DNA from: Cyanophora paradoxa CCMP329
Taxonomy: Eukaryota; Plantae; Glaucophyta
Reading direction: 5' to 3'
NCBI GenBank assembly: GCA_004431415.1
Contig: QPMI01000423.1
Coordinates: 62,001 to 126,000, forward strand
DNA length: 64,000 nucleotides
The position numbers and the translations under genes were made by a program. How positions within the stretch are numbered: position 1 is the stretch's first letter; each line of letters starts with the position of its first letter. This document shows positions 1 through 11,965 of this stretch, one piece after another. The notes beneath the pieces were generated by a model, which was given only the letters and a program-made list of their open reading frames with translations, ran no database searches and had not been told where the DNA came from.

Positions 1-2692
1 GGGGGAAGGGGGTACGCACCAGAAGTAGAGGACCTCGCACATCTGCGTCCACTGCGCGCCGGGCGCCGGGGGGGGGGGAGGGGAAAGGGGGGGGGAAAGG
101 GGGGGGGGGCGGCGTCAGAAGAGGAGGCGGGAGGGGCTGAAGGCCAAGGGGACGGGGTATCGATGTCTATTTATAGCCAGGGCACCTCGTCCAGGGTCAT
201 GTAGCGGTTGTCTGAGGATCGCCGCAAAGTCAGACCGAGATGAAAGGGGCGGGCGCCGCTACAGCTAGCTATAGGCTATAGCTACGCCGCTCGGGGGTTC
301 TTGCCGCTTTGCTCTTAACGAGACGACGTGTCCTATAGCTTAAGCCGTTTCCTATAATCTAGAAGAGGCGACGTCCTATAATCTAAACTGTCGTCTTACG
401 GGCGCGGGCGCGGGCGCGTGCGCACTGTCGTCGTCGTAGCGGGCGAAGAGGGCGTCGAGCTCGGCGGGGGAGAGGCCCGTGGCGGCGCCGGCGCGCATGA
501 AGTCGGCGTGGGAGAGGACCCCGTTCCGCTCCGTGTCGTACAGGTCGAATAGCGCACGCACCTGCGCGCAGTGCAGCGCGCGCGGGAGAAGCGAGCGAGC
601 CAGTGAGAGGCTGATCCGTGGCCAGGTCGGCGGTCTTAGGAGAAATTGAAGGGCGACCGCGGGCTCGATAGCTATCTATAGCTATCTAGATCTATAGCTA
701 GATCTATAGCTGAATCTGCTCGTTTCCGCGGTCGATTCTTGACAGTTTTAAGAATTTCGACATAGACCCGATTGTTTCCGAGCTCGAGGGTGGTCCTCTT
801 ATGTTCGAGCTTCCGCGCATGCGCACCTCGGCGAGTTGCTTTTTCGTGAGCTGGCGCCGCCGCTCGGGGGGGGGCCCCGAGGCTTGGGCGCCGGCCGGGC
901 CCGCGCCCGCCGCGTCGGGGGCGCGGCCGGCCCAGCGGAGCATGAGGGCGACCTGGTCCGGGGCGACCCAGGGGTACACGGCGCGGAGGAGGTCGTCGAA
1001 GTAGATCGCGTGCTTGTGCGGGTTCCGCTGCGCTCGGGAGAATAGGTAATCAGGGGTCTAGATCGCGAGTAGCTAGCGATAGATCTAATTCGTGGAGGAA
1101 GAGGATCTAGATCTAATTATTCCGAGGGCGTACGCTGATGATGGCGGAGAGGTCCTCGGCGAGGTGGCGCCAGTCCTCCGGCACCGCCTCCCGCCGCCCC
1201 GTCAGGATCGCTGCCGACGGTCAGAGAGGGGGGCAAGCGGGCGAGCGAGCGAGCGAGGCGCACCCGTGATCTCCAGCTTCGAGATCTCCCCCGTCTGCCG
1301 GCGGCCGGCCCTCGCGGTCAGGCGCCGGCCAACGCGGGGCGCCCAGGCTTTAGGATCCAGGCCTAGGCCTCCAAGCGCGGGCGGGGCGGGGCGGGGCGGG
1401 GCGGGCCTTGGCGGTGTTGAACCTGTCGAAGATCTCGGAGAGCTCCTTCACCTCGTACTGCCGAAGGCCGCGGGGCGCGCTGTGAGCCCAACCTGGCGCG
1501 ACAAAGGCGGGGCGGGGCGGGTGCGCACGCGGGTGTAGGAGGGCCGCGGCTTCAGGAACCCCGTCTCCAGGAACGACACGAGCCGCCTCGGCTGAGGCTG
1601 AGGGCCGCCTGGGGGCGGGCGGGCGGGCGACGGAGGTTAGGGACAGGAAGAGAGGAGGGGAGGGGGCGGGGCGTACTAGAAGTGGAGGGGGAGGCCCCGG
1701 ATCCGGAGTACTTCGGGAGGACGTCAGGCCGGATCAGGGGCTGCTCGGGCGGCGGCGACGACGACGATGGCTGGGCGGGGAGGGGGAGGCCGGCGCCGCG
1801 GCGGAGGGACGCGGAGGGGGAGGGGGAGGAGGAGGGGCCCGGGAGGGGCGGGAGGCTGCGGAGCGAGGAGGTCCGTGAGGGCGAGGGCGTCAGTGTGCGG
1901 GCGGAGGGGGCGGGGGCCAGCCCGGATCCGGCCAGGCTCCGGAGGGAGGTCGTGGGGGTACTGCTCTCGCTGGGGGAGGCCGCCCCGGCCTCGGGGTACG
2001 CGGGCGGGGCGAAGCAGGACGAGGAGGTGGCGCGGGAGAGCGACTGGGGCGTGCCGCCGCGTGAGCCGCCAGGGCCGGCGCCGCCGCGGGGCTCGCCCGC
2101 GGCCACGAGGACGCGCAGGTGCTTCCGGCGGCGCGCCTCGCCGGGGGTACCGGCCTGCCGCCTGACGAGCAGCTCCGAGTCCGATTGTGTGCCGCCGTCG
2201 TCGTCCTTGCGCCAGAAGTAGGCGGCGGCAGTGGCCAGGGCCGGGGAGAGCTCGGAGGGCAGGCCGTCCCGGGACGGGAGCGGGGCGACGGGCTCCAGGG
2301 GCCGCGCGGCGGGAGGCGCCCCCGGCCCCGCGGCGCGCGAGAGGGCGGAGGCGGCGAAGACAGCCGAGCTTGCGGCCTTGAGGCGGGCGTGGGCGAGAGG
2401 GGCGCGGCGCGGTGGGGCCGACGCCCCCGCCTCGTGCGCGCGCTGGAGCTCGACCGCGAAGTCGAGCTTGTCGCTCAGCCGCTCCGCAAACCTCCTTCCT
2501 CCCGCACTCGGCGAGCCTGCGAATGCAGCGGACCGTCGTTCATGATCAGCCCGGCGCGCACAGCGGAGCTCCGATCCGCGACCCGCGTCGGCCGCGGCCG
2601 GCCGCGGCCGCGGCCGCGGCGTTTTGATGTGGGAGGGGTCAAGCGCCGGGCGCACCGAGCGCGGAAGGAGAAGCTGATGTGGAAGGTCGCAT
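1..2692 (-). CDS. Multi-exon EF-hand calcium-binding protein with a long Ser/Pro-rich N-terminus; 3' end runs off the window start
   Basis: Probable ATG at 2692 (MRPSTSASPSAL|GSPSAGG...). EF-hand-like exons: YEVKELSEIFDR (~1422-1460), QTGEISKLEIT (~1265-1297), RALFDLYDTERNGVLSHADF...AELDALFARYDDDS (~423-561), DNRYMTLDE (~187-212). The last visible exon (~19-55) is followed by an intron at the window edge. Confidence 0.75.
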
Positions 2693-3195
2693 CTCTAATC
2701 TAGATCTGCCGCCCGGGCCCCCGGCGACATCGATCGTCACTCCTCGAGCTCCGAGTCGAGATGCAATCACCTCGACGCCGCTTCCCCGGCGCGGCGGCGG
2801 ACCCTGCTAGCGCGATTCGATGAAGAGAAAGGTGACTGGCAACTGCGCGAGCCGCGGCTGTAGGCTGCAGGCTGCTTCAAACCTCCGCATGCGCAGGCCG
2901 GCGGGCTAGCTGCTGTACCAAAGGAAAGCTGTCACAGTGATGTGTCGCTGAACGTTTAAACCGCGTCGGTAGCGCAGCCGGGCCGATTTCCCGTATGGGG
3001 CCCAGACTGGGGGGTCGAGAGGCGCAGTGGTGCCCGGTAGCCAGTTTTCCCTCCTCCCCCCAAGGCTTTTTTACCGCCCTTACTTTGTACCCCATCGACA
3101 AGCTCAGCTTTCTGCGCAACGCCGCGCCCTTGCGGCCAGTTTGGAAGCAAGCCATGGTACGACATCGGCGATAGCTTAGGGTGGCAGCTGCCCAG
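2693..3195. promoter_or_regulatory. Putative bidirectional promoter between the divergent EF-hand and PKD/TRP-like genes
   Basis: About 500 bp of lower-GC sequence between two divergent inferred start codons. Confidence 0.4.
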
Positions 3196-6100
3196 ATGAG
3201 GGCCCGAAAACTTGCCCAGCGCCGCCAGCACGCGCGAGCCTACGGGCTCCTGCTGGCGGCGCTGTGCTGCTTGCTGGGCGCCCGCGGTGCACCCCAGCTG
3301 CGCCGCGCCACCGATTCGGCCGCGCTATTACTGACCTCCGCGACCCGCGCACAGCGCAAGCGCCCACGGCATCGCCGTCCCCAACAGCAACTCCAACTGC
3401 GGTGGCGACGCCGTCCCCCACCCCATCGCCGACCTTCTCAGCAGCGCCGGCTCCGACCGCTGCCCCAACGGCATCCCCGGCGCCGGCAGCGCCCACGGCG
3501 CTGCCCACGCCCGTTCCCGCAGCCTTCCGCCCGAACTGGCTAGCGCAGCTTGAGAGGGAGACGGGCGTGGCGCTCACTTTCACCCTGAGCCCAGCCTTCG
3601 GCCCGCTCACTGGCCGGGACCGCGTGACTGTCACGGCCTCCCTCCCGGTGTTCTCCGGCTTTCCCCGGTGCTTCTTTGGCAGCCTCGACTCGCCCGGCAT
3701 GGTGCGGCCCGCCCGAGCGTCCCCGGCCGCTTAGCTACAGGGCCCCCGGCCGCTCCGGGCCCGCGGCGCCCGCGCGGCTGAGCCGGGCGGGGCGGGTGCG
3801 TTCAGATCGTGGGGAAGACGAACCTGTCCATCACCGTGGTCACGCTGCCGTCGCCGGCGCGCACGGCCGACCTGCTCCTGTACCTGGACGACACGGCCGT
3901 GACCGGCCTCCCCGACTCGTCCGTCGTGACCGTGCCCCGCGCCTACAAGTTCAACGCCCGTGCGCCTGCCCCGCCCCGCGCAGCGCAGCGCAGCGCGACG
4001 CAGCGGCCCCGCCCGCCCGCGCCCTGCGCAGCCTGAGCCGGGCCCGCGCAGGGCCCGTGGCGGCGGTCGCGAACCGCACGATCATCATGTTCTTCCCCTC
4101 GCTGCCCTTCGTCGTCGACGGCAGCCTCTCCAACGACACCGACGGGTACATCGCCCGCTGGAACTGGACCCAGGCGCGCCTTCCGCCCCCCCCCCCCCCC
4201 CCTCTTCGACTCCCGCCAACGTCCGCCCGCCGCAGACGCTGGGCCTGCCGGCGGCGATGGTGGATAGGGACGGCCCCCGGCTCGGGGTGACGCTGCCCAA
4301 CACGCCGGGCACGTACGGCTTCCAGCTCGTCGTCACCGACGAGAACGGGTACGTCGATTCGACGAACGTCGCCATCTCCCTCTTCTTCGCCCGCGGTGCG
4401 CGGCCCTCAGGCGTACCCCCCCACCCCCCCACGCCCCCGCCCGCCGACGACGAGCGCCCTCGGTCCGTGCAGCGCTGCGGTTCAGTATCGCGACGTCTGC
4501 GACGGGGGCGGCGCTGCGGGCTCCGAACGCGGCGACGGGCCGCCCGCTCGTGGAGGACGTCCTGCGGGCCGCCGCCGGCGTCCTGCTGAGCCCCTTCTCG
4601 GCCATGTCCCGCGTGCGGCTCAACGGGGAGGGGTACCCCTTTGGAGCCGAGGCCCTCGCGGCCGAGGCGGTCACGGCGGAGGCGGCGGCCGTGGCGGCCG
4701 CTGCGGAGGCGGAGGCCGCGGCGGCCGCGGCAGCCGCTGCGGCGGCGGCGGCAGCGGCGGCCACACCCTCGCCCGCCCCGCGTCGGCGGACGCGGCCGCG
4801 GCGCCCTCGCCCTCGCCCTCGCCCGCGCCCGCGCCGGCGCCCGCGGGGCGTCGCCTGCTGCAGGCCGGGCCGACTCCGCCGCCGCCGCCCTCGCCGTCGC
4901 CGACCCCGGGGGCTCTCCCCGCGGGCGCCGCCAGCCTGATCACCTTCGTCCTGGCGCCCCCGCCCGGCGCCCGCGCCGAGACCGTGCGCCCTTTCACTCC
5001 ACCGCCCCGCCCCGACCCGACCCGCCCCGCGCCGACGCGGCCGGCGCCCGCGCAGTTCCTGGCGTCGCTGACGGCGCACCACGCGAACCGGACGGGGAGC
5101 CTGGCCGCCGCCATGTCGCTCGCCCTCCCCGTGCCCCTCGTCTCCCTCTCCTCCCAGTTCCTCGACCGCAGCGGCGAGCCCGGCTCTCCTCGCTCTCCCT
5201 CCCTCCTCTGACCTCTGAGCAGAGAACACGCCGCCGGTGGTGCACTTCGCTTCGGCCTCGCCCAAGCGCGTCGCGTACGCGGCGCCGGCGACGAAGAACG
5301 ACTCGCGCGGCTTCTTCGTCTCCGTCGACGCCTCGCCCTCCACCGACGTCGACGGCTACATCCGCGTCTGGGGCTGGGGGGTGCGCCCTCCGGTCGCTTT
5401 CTTACGTACGGACATTTGAAGCCGCCGCAGGGGACCCTCACGCGGAACGCGTCGCTGCTGGGCCCCGGCCTGACGCCCCCGCCGGGCCCGGACGGCACGC
5501 AGACCATCCCGCTGGACCTCTCGGACCCCGAGTTCAACACGCCCCGCCTCGTCATCCGCAACGCCTTCCCTGACGGCGTCTACAAGTGCGCGGGGGTCAG
5601 AGGAGGGGCTAGGGGACGGCTCGGGCTCGAGGCTCGAAACGAGCCGAGCTCGCCGGCTCGTCTTGAAGAAGAGATGGGAGGACGGGTCAGAGGAGGAGGG
5701 TTTAGAGGCCTAGGACGGCTCGGGATCGAAGTTGGAAGAGGGCTGAGCCGAGGGGCGGCGCCGCAGCCTGGTTCTGGTGGCGACGGACAACGACGGCGGC
5801 TCCAGCGCGCCCCGCTACTTCACTGTCGAGGTCACCCGACGTGCGCGCGCCTTTCTTCTTCTTCTTCTAGTCCGTCGAGCCTCGAGTATTAAAATCCTAG
5901 TCCGCCTAAGCATTAAATCTTTGGTCTCTCTAGAGTCTTAAGCTTCTAGCCCATCGAGCCTTTGGGCCTCCTTCTCGAGTGTACGAGCGAGCGACCCTGA
6001 TCGGCGGCGCAGCGCGGCTGGGACCCGTGGCGAGCGTGGCGCCGCCCGACGAGTGCCTCGTGTACCCCAACGACGCCGTCACTCTGCGGGCCGCCGCCTC

Positions 6101-9100
6101 GCACACGGGGCCCTTCCCCCAGGCCCTCGCCTACCGCTGGGAGCACGTTTGGGCGGTCGGCGGCCCCGGCGGCGCCCCGGCGCTCCCCCCCGCGGGGACG
6201 AAGGGCGCGCCACCTGCGCCGCGGCTGAGCGGGGCCGACAACGCGACCGTGCGCGCCTCCGGCCTTTACCCGGGCTCGGGCCACCGCCTGGTACGCTTCC
6301 CCCTCCCGCCCCTTGCTCACTCTTCTTCTTGCGTCCTCATTCCGCGCCTGCGTCTCAGGTGCTGACGGTGACGGACTTGGACGGCCTCTCGGCCCGCGTC
6401 TCCGCCCCCGTCTGCGTCCTCAAGAGTGTGCCGCGCCGCGCCCGCCCGCACGCGCCCTCTGCTCCGCCGTGCCGCGTCGAACCAACGGGCGCCCGGCAGA
6501 CCCGAAGACGGCGCGGATTGAGGCGCTCGTCCCCGCCGCCGCCGCCTGCGTCGCCGCCGTCGTGCGCACAGCCCCGCCCCGCCCCGGGGCCCCCGCCCCC
6601 GCCCCCGCCTCCTCTTCCTCTAAGCGGCGAGAACAGCTCGGGCTGCTGGCGCTGGGGACGCTGGGCGCGGCGGTCGCCTCGGCCCTCGGCGACGTCGTCG
6701 TCTCCACCCGCCGCGGCAACCTCCTCGTCCGCCCTTTCCTACCTCCTCCCTTCTTCCTCCTCTTCTCACTCTCGCCCAGGGCCTGCTGCACCACGCGCAG
6801 CTGGCGGCGATGTACGGCGAGCTCGCCCTCGCCCCCGACATCTTCGCCATCCTCCCCTCCGGTGGGTACCGCGTTAATCAATCAGAATGGATCAGACGGA
6901 AGAGAGTAACTCTCGTTCGCCGCCGCAGCGATCGGCTTTGTGACGGGCCAGTTCCGCCCGCCCTGGCTCGCGGGCGCCAGCTACGGGCCCTACGTCCAGA
7001 ACACGGAGTTCGGGTGGGTCACCCGCTGGCACCAGGTGACCCGTACCCCCCAAAAAAAATTATCTTCCCGCGCCGAACCGAGCCCGCCCGCCCGCCGCAG
7101 GACCCGTGGTCGGAGGCGTGGTCGGTGCTGCAGGGCTCGGCCTTCTACGTCGCGGCGGCGGCCGTCGGCGCCGGCCTCGCCCACGCCGCCGTGCACGCCT
7201 TCGCGGCCCGCGTCCTCAAGATGGACCGCCCCCCCGACCGCGTCGTCTTCCCCCGCCTCTTCCTCGCGCTGGCGCTGGCCGCCCAGGGCCCCCTCTGCCT
7301 CGCCGCCGCCAAGAACCTCCGCTCCGTCGTGCCCTACGCCGCCGCCCTCGGCGCCCTCCTCGCCGCCGCCGCGGGCGCCGCCTTCCCCGCGCTCTGCGCC
7401 TGGCGCCTCCGCCGCCTCCTGGCCGCCGGCTCCGTCCGCTACCGCTCCTACCAGCCGCCCCGCCTCCTCCACGCCGGCTTCCGAGCCTACCGAAGGCGAG
7501 CCCGCGTACCCCCCTTCTCTCCGCGCGCCCTAGGCTGAGCCTCCTCACCCGCCTCCGCCCACCCGCAGGTACCTGGTGGACCCGGTGAAAAAGCGCCGGC
7601 GGGAGCGGGAGATCGAGCTCGCCGAGCGGACCGTCGAGGCGCTCGGGCCGCGCCAGCCGCACCCGCACACGCCGGGCGCCGCCTCCGAAGCGGCGACCGC
7701 CTCGCGGCGGGCGGCGCCGGCCCCGTCTTCCCGGCCCCGCCGGCCGCCCCGAGCCGCCTGCAAAGCGGGCGCGGGGCTCTGGCGAGGGCGAGGGCCGGGG
7801 CCGGGGCCCGAGCGTGGCGGGCCTCGCCCTTCTGGAGGCGAGGCGGGAGGGCGGGGCGGTGGTGGCGGGCCCCGTCGCCCTGCCCCCGCTGGACACGGTC
7901 CTGGCGCAGCAGCTGAAGCAGGCGGAGGCGGAGAAGGAGGCGGCGGCGCGCGCCAAGGCCCTCCGCGCCGTCCGCGCCACCCTGCACCAGCGCAAGGCCT
8001 TCCTGGTCCGCCCGCCCGCCCGCCCGCTCCGAATCTTAAATCTTAAATCTTCTAAAGAAGGGTAGCTTCGTTGCCGGCCTGGCGCCTAGAAAAGCCCTCA
8101 CTTGCGATGACTTGATTGCTTCAAGAAGCCGTAAAGAGATAGCAACAGTGATTCTCACCGCTCCGTGGCGCCGCAGCGGGCGGCGGAGGCGCGGGGGGCG
8201 GCGAGCGACTTCGCGGGGGCGCTGGCGCAGGCGGCGGGGCGCGTGCTGCGCGCCCCAGAGGCCTTCTGGTACCTCGAGGCCGGCGCCTGGCTCCGCACCG
8301 TCCTCTGGCGGTGCGCGCGGCGCCTTGAGCTAATAAACTAGCTAATAGATGATAACAAAGCTAATGAACGATAGCAAGCACATAACAAAGCTTCATCTTA
8401 AGCTACCGCGCCTGGGCTGAGCTTAGCTTAGCTAACAATAACGAACATGCTAAGAAGCTAAGCATGTTGACAGAGCAAGTAGCACGCATCATAAGCTCTC
8501 TCTCTCTTTCTGCAGCTCACGCTCGCGCTCGCTCAGGGGCGAGTGGTACTCGGTGGACCCTGAGCTCCCCCCGCCGCTCTCCGCGGGGAGCGGCAGCGCG
8601 CCGGCCCCCTCGCCCCCCGCCAAGGTGGGAGACGCGCCTTCCCCTCGCGAGCTCTGCGCCGCCTTCGCTGTGCGGCCGGCCGCTCACGCGCGCGGCGGCC
8701 TCGCAGGCGCCGGCGCCCTCGCCCCGCCCCGGCTCCCCGTGCCCCCGAGATGGCCGAGGCCGCCGCGGCGGCGGCCGCCGCGGCCGCCGCCGCCGCCGCC
8801 GCCGCCGCGCGCACGGGCCCCGGCGAGTTCGGCCCGACGGACGCCCACGACCCCGTGGGCCTGTACGGCCTCTCGCCCCTCTACGCCGGGGCCGTCGCGG
8901 GGCGCGGGGCGCCCTACAAGGCGGCCGCCGACTGCGCCCACCGCGCTCTCGTCGCCCTCTGCGTCGGGCTTCTCTTCGACGCGCCCCGCGCCCAGGCCGC
9001 CCTCCCCCTCCTCCTCGCGCTCCTCCAGGTACCTATCTACTTTCTTCTAACTAACTAACTAGCTATCTTCGCCTCTGACTTCCTCTTCTTCTTCGCCCCA

Positions 9101-10815
9101 GATGCTCTACTGCGGGCTGGCGTGGCCCTACCGCTTCCGCTCGCAGAACGCGGCGGAGGCGCTCGCGTACCTCCTCCACGCCTGCGTCCTGGGCACGCTC
9201 TTGGACCTGGGCGAGCGGCCCGACCGCGCCGCCGCCATCGAGGGCGGCCAGCGCGCCTCGCTGCTCCTCGTCGCCGCCCTCGCCGCCGTCGCCGTCGACG
9301 CGATCGTGGCGGGATTCGACCCCGTGCTCGCCACGCTGACGGCCCTCGTGCGGCGGGGCCCCGCCCTCCTCGCCGCCCTCCCCGCCGCCCTCGCCGCCGC
9401 GCTCCTCCGCCCCTGCGTCCGCCGCTCGAAGCGCTCCCGGCGCGTCTACCTCGCGGCCCGCTCCGCCGCCTTCAACCTGATCGCCGTCGAGGACGACGCG
9501 ACCTCGGTCCACTCGTTCCTCTCCCGGCGCTCGACGGGCGCCCCCGGCTCCTCCTCCCGCTTCCACGGGCCGCACGGCTCCCGCCCCGGGTCCCGCCCCG
9601 GCTCCCGCCCCGGCTCGCGGCGGGGGTCGCGCTCGCTGGCGGCCCACGCCGCCCTCCGCCGCATCGACTCGGAGGCCTCCATCGCCGCCTCCATGACCCT
9701 CTCCGTGCGCTCTGAGAGAGACGCTCGCTTTGCCTGCGCCTCTTAGCTCGCGGGGCACCGCAGACGAAGATGGGCGGGTGGCAGTCGCGGGCGGCGGGTT
9801 CCGGCGCCGGCGCCCCGCCCGCAGCCTCGGCCGGCGCTTCGCGCCGCTCCTCTATGGACCTGGGCGCCATGTCCGAGGCCGACGTACGCGTACCCCCCAA
9901 GCGAGCCGGGGGCGCTTTTTGACCGGCCGGGCGGCCGGCCGGGCGCAGTCTCTGTGGACCAGCCAGACGGCGGGTAGCGACCTTGTGACGGCGATCCAGG
10001 CCGCTGTGGCCGGCGGGCGGCTCCCGCGGCCCTCGCTCCCCCCGCGCCCGGGTACGGGCAACCGGTCCTTCACGTCCCGCGCCGTACCCTTCGGCTCCTC
10101 CGTCCCCGAGGACGGGGAGTACGTACCCCCCACGGTGCGCCCGGCGTCGCCCTGTACCCCTGCCTCGGACGGGTTCGAACCGCTCGCAGGAGGAGGCTTT
10201 CCCCGTAGCCCCCGAGCCGGACGTCGACGAGGGCGTCGTACCCCCCGTCACCGAGGACGAGCGCTGGCACGTACCCCCTCCACCTTTACCCCCCTCACTA
10301 GCGAATCCTGAACCCGCCTCCACACAGGTTCGTGGGGGCCTACGTGCGGCCGCCGTCGGCCCTAGCGGCTCGGCCCGACGTCGCCAGCCCCCTCGCGGAC
10401 ATCCCCTCTGTCCTCGCCGCCGGCCCGCAGGCCGCCCCCATCGCATCCACCTTCGCGGCCGCCGCCGCCGCCGCCGCAGTCGGCCGGCCGCCCTCGGGCC
10501 GGCGCCGCCCCGGCTCCCGCGGGGCCGCGGGGCGCCCGGGTCGCGCGGGGCGGACCCCTGGACCCCGGCGGACCTCCCCCGCGCCCGGGAAGCACCCCAC
10601 AGGGAGGCGGGGGCGGCCTCGCGGGCATCGGGTTCCCCCCAGAGATGGCTCCCGCCGCGGCGCCAGCCCAGGGCCCGGGGCCGGGAGGGCCTGCCCCGCG
10701 CCCGCCCTCCAGTCTCTCGGGGCGGGCCTTCCTTAACATGTCGGGGCCCGCCGCGGCCCTCGCCGGAGCCATCGCCCGCGCCCTCGGCGGGCCCCGCCCC
10801 GACAGCCCGGCAAGT

Positions 10816-10846
<31 letters not shown>

Positions 10847-11748
10847 ATCCCGCCCGGACACGGCCGAGGTCCGCCCGGGGACGCCCGAGCGGAGCGGGCG
10901 GGCGCGGCGCTCGTCGATCCGCGTGGCGGGGGCGCCCCACCACCACAACCCGGGCCTCCACGTGCTCCTGGCCGGGGCGGCCCCCAGCAGCTCGGGCCCT
11001 CCCGGCTCCCCATGTCGGGCGCCGACACCGTCATGAGCCTCGTCCCCGAGGCCCGGTCGCTCCTCCGCGCCTTCACGGCGCCGCACGCCGCCGAGGCGGC
11101 CGTCGCCAGCGGCGCGTCCGTCTGGCGGCCGCGCTCGCCCCGGGAGTACACGGGCGGGTCGCCGGGATTCCTGGCCGCCCAGCAGCAGCAGCAGCAGCAG
11201 CAGTCCTTCGGCTTCTTCGCCGCCGCCGCCGCCGGCCGCGCGGCGACGCCGCCCGACACGCGCGCCGGCGCGGCGGCGGGGACGACCGCGTCGCCGCCGG
11301 GCAGCGTGTCGCGGGGGCGGGCGGCGGCGCCCGGGCGAACGCTTCTCTGGACGAGGACGCGGAGGCCGTCCGGCGCTCCTTCTTCGGGGGGACGAGTTCG
11401 GGGCCCCGCAGCTGCCCGGCGGGCCGGCGGCGAGGAGGAGGGCGGGCAGGAGCCCTGGGCCGGGCTCTCCCTGGGCGAGTACCAGTGGCCCACCAACGGG
11501 CCCTCCGCCCCCGCCCCGGCGCCGGCGCCGGCGCCTGCACCGGCCGCCGAGCTCCCGCCCCGCGCCTCGACCGCCTCGTCCAACGTGCGGAGCCCGCCGG
11601 CGGGGCGCCCGGCCCGGCCGGCTCTCCCGCGCCCTCGCGCCCCTCGACGACGGCCGGCGGCGGCGTGCGCCCCTCGCAGCTGCTGCGGGCCCTCCAGGCC
11701 CAGCGCGGCGCCTCGGGCGGCGGGGCGCCCCCCCGCGTCGCCTTCTAG
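3196..11748 (+). CDS. Large membrane protein: signal peptide, Pro/Thr stalk, IPT/TIG domain, three PKD (K319-like) Ig domains, TRP/Flc-like multi-pass TM region, long low-complexity cytoplasmic tail
   Basis: Signal peptide MRARK...YGLLLAALCCLLGARG. IPT motif LSPAFGPLTGRDRVTVT...PRCFFG. PKD motifs VDGSLSNDTDGYIARWNWTQ...PGTYGFQLVVTDENG; VDASPSTDVDGYIRVW...LVLVATDNDGGSS; VTLRAAASHT...LAYRWEHV...VLTVTDLDGLS. TM segments include GLSPLYAG...HRALVALCVGLL...LLQMLYCGLAWPYRFRSQN. The exon structure of the tail and the stop position are approximate. Confidence 0.75.
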
Positions 11749-11965
11749 CGCATCTTAGCGCATCGTATTTGCGGTATTCGAATTCTAAGTTATTGCAATT
11801 TTTATTGAACCGAGTAAAGTAGCCGATCCGACGCGGTTCGGGGGTGATGGGGGTGCCAACGAAGCCACGGATACGGTACTCGCGCCCCTTACGGTACAGA
11901 CGGGTACAGAAGGCGCCCGCCCTACGGGCCGGGGGGGAGGAGGCGGTCGCGGGCGTCGAGGACCT

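Noticed and set aside
4530-4790. Two apparent frameshifts (~4540 and ~4778) in the PKD/TRP-like gene as programmed frameshifting or pseudogenisation
   Set aside because: Both fall in short C/G runs and are fixed by a single base, so long-read homopolymer errors are the simplest explanation.
9472-11583. 703-aa minus-strand ORF and many other long Arg/Pro/Gly-rich ORFs
   Set aside because: These are shadow ORFs caused by stop-codon scarcity at very high GC. They are antisense or out of frame to real exons and show no motifs.
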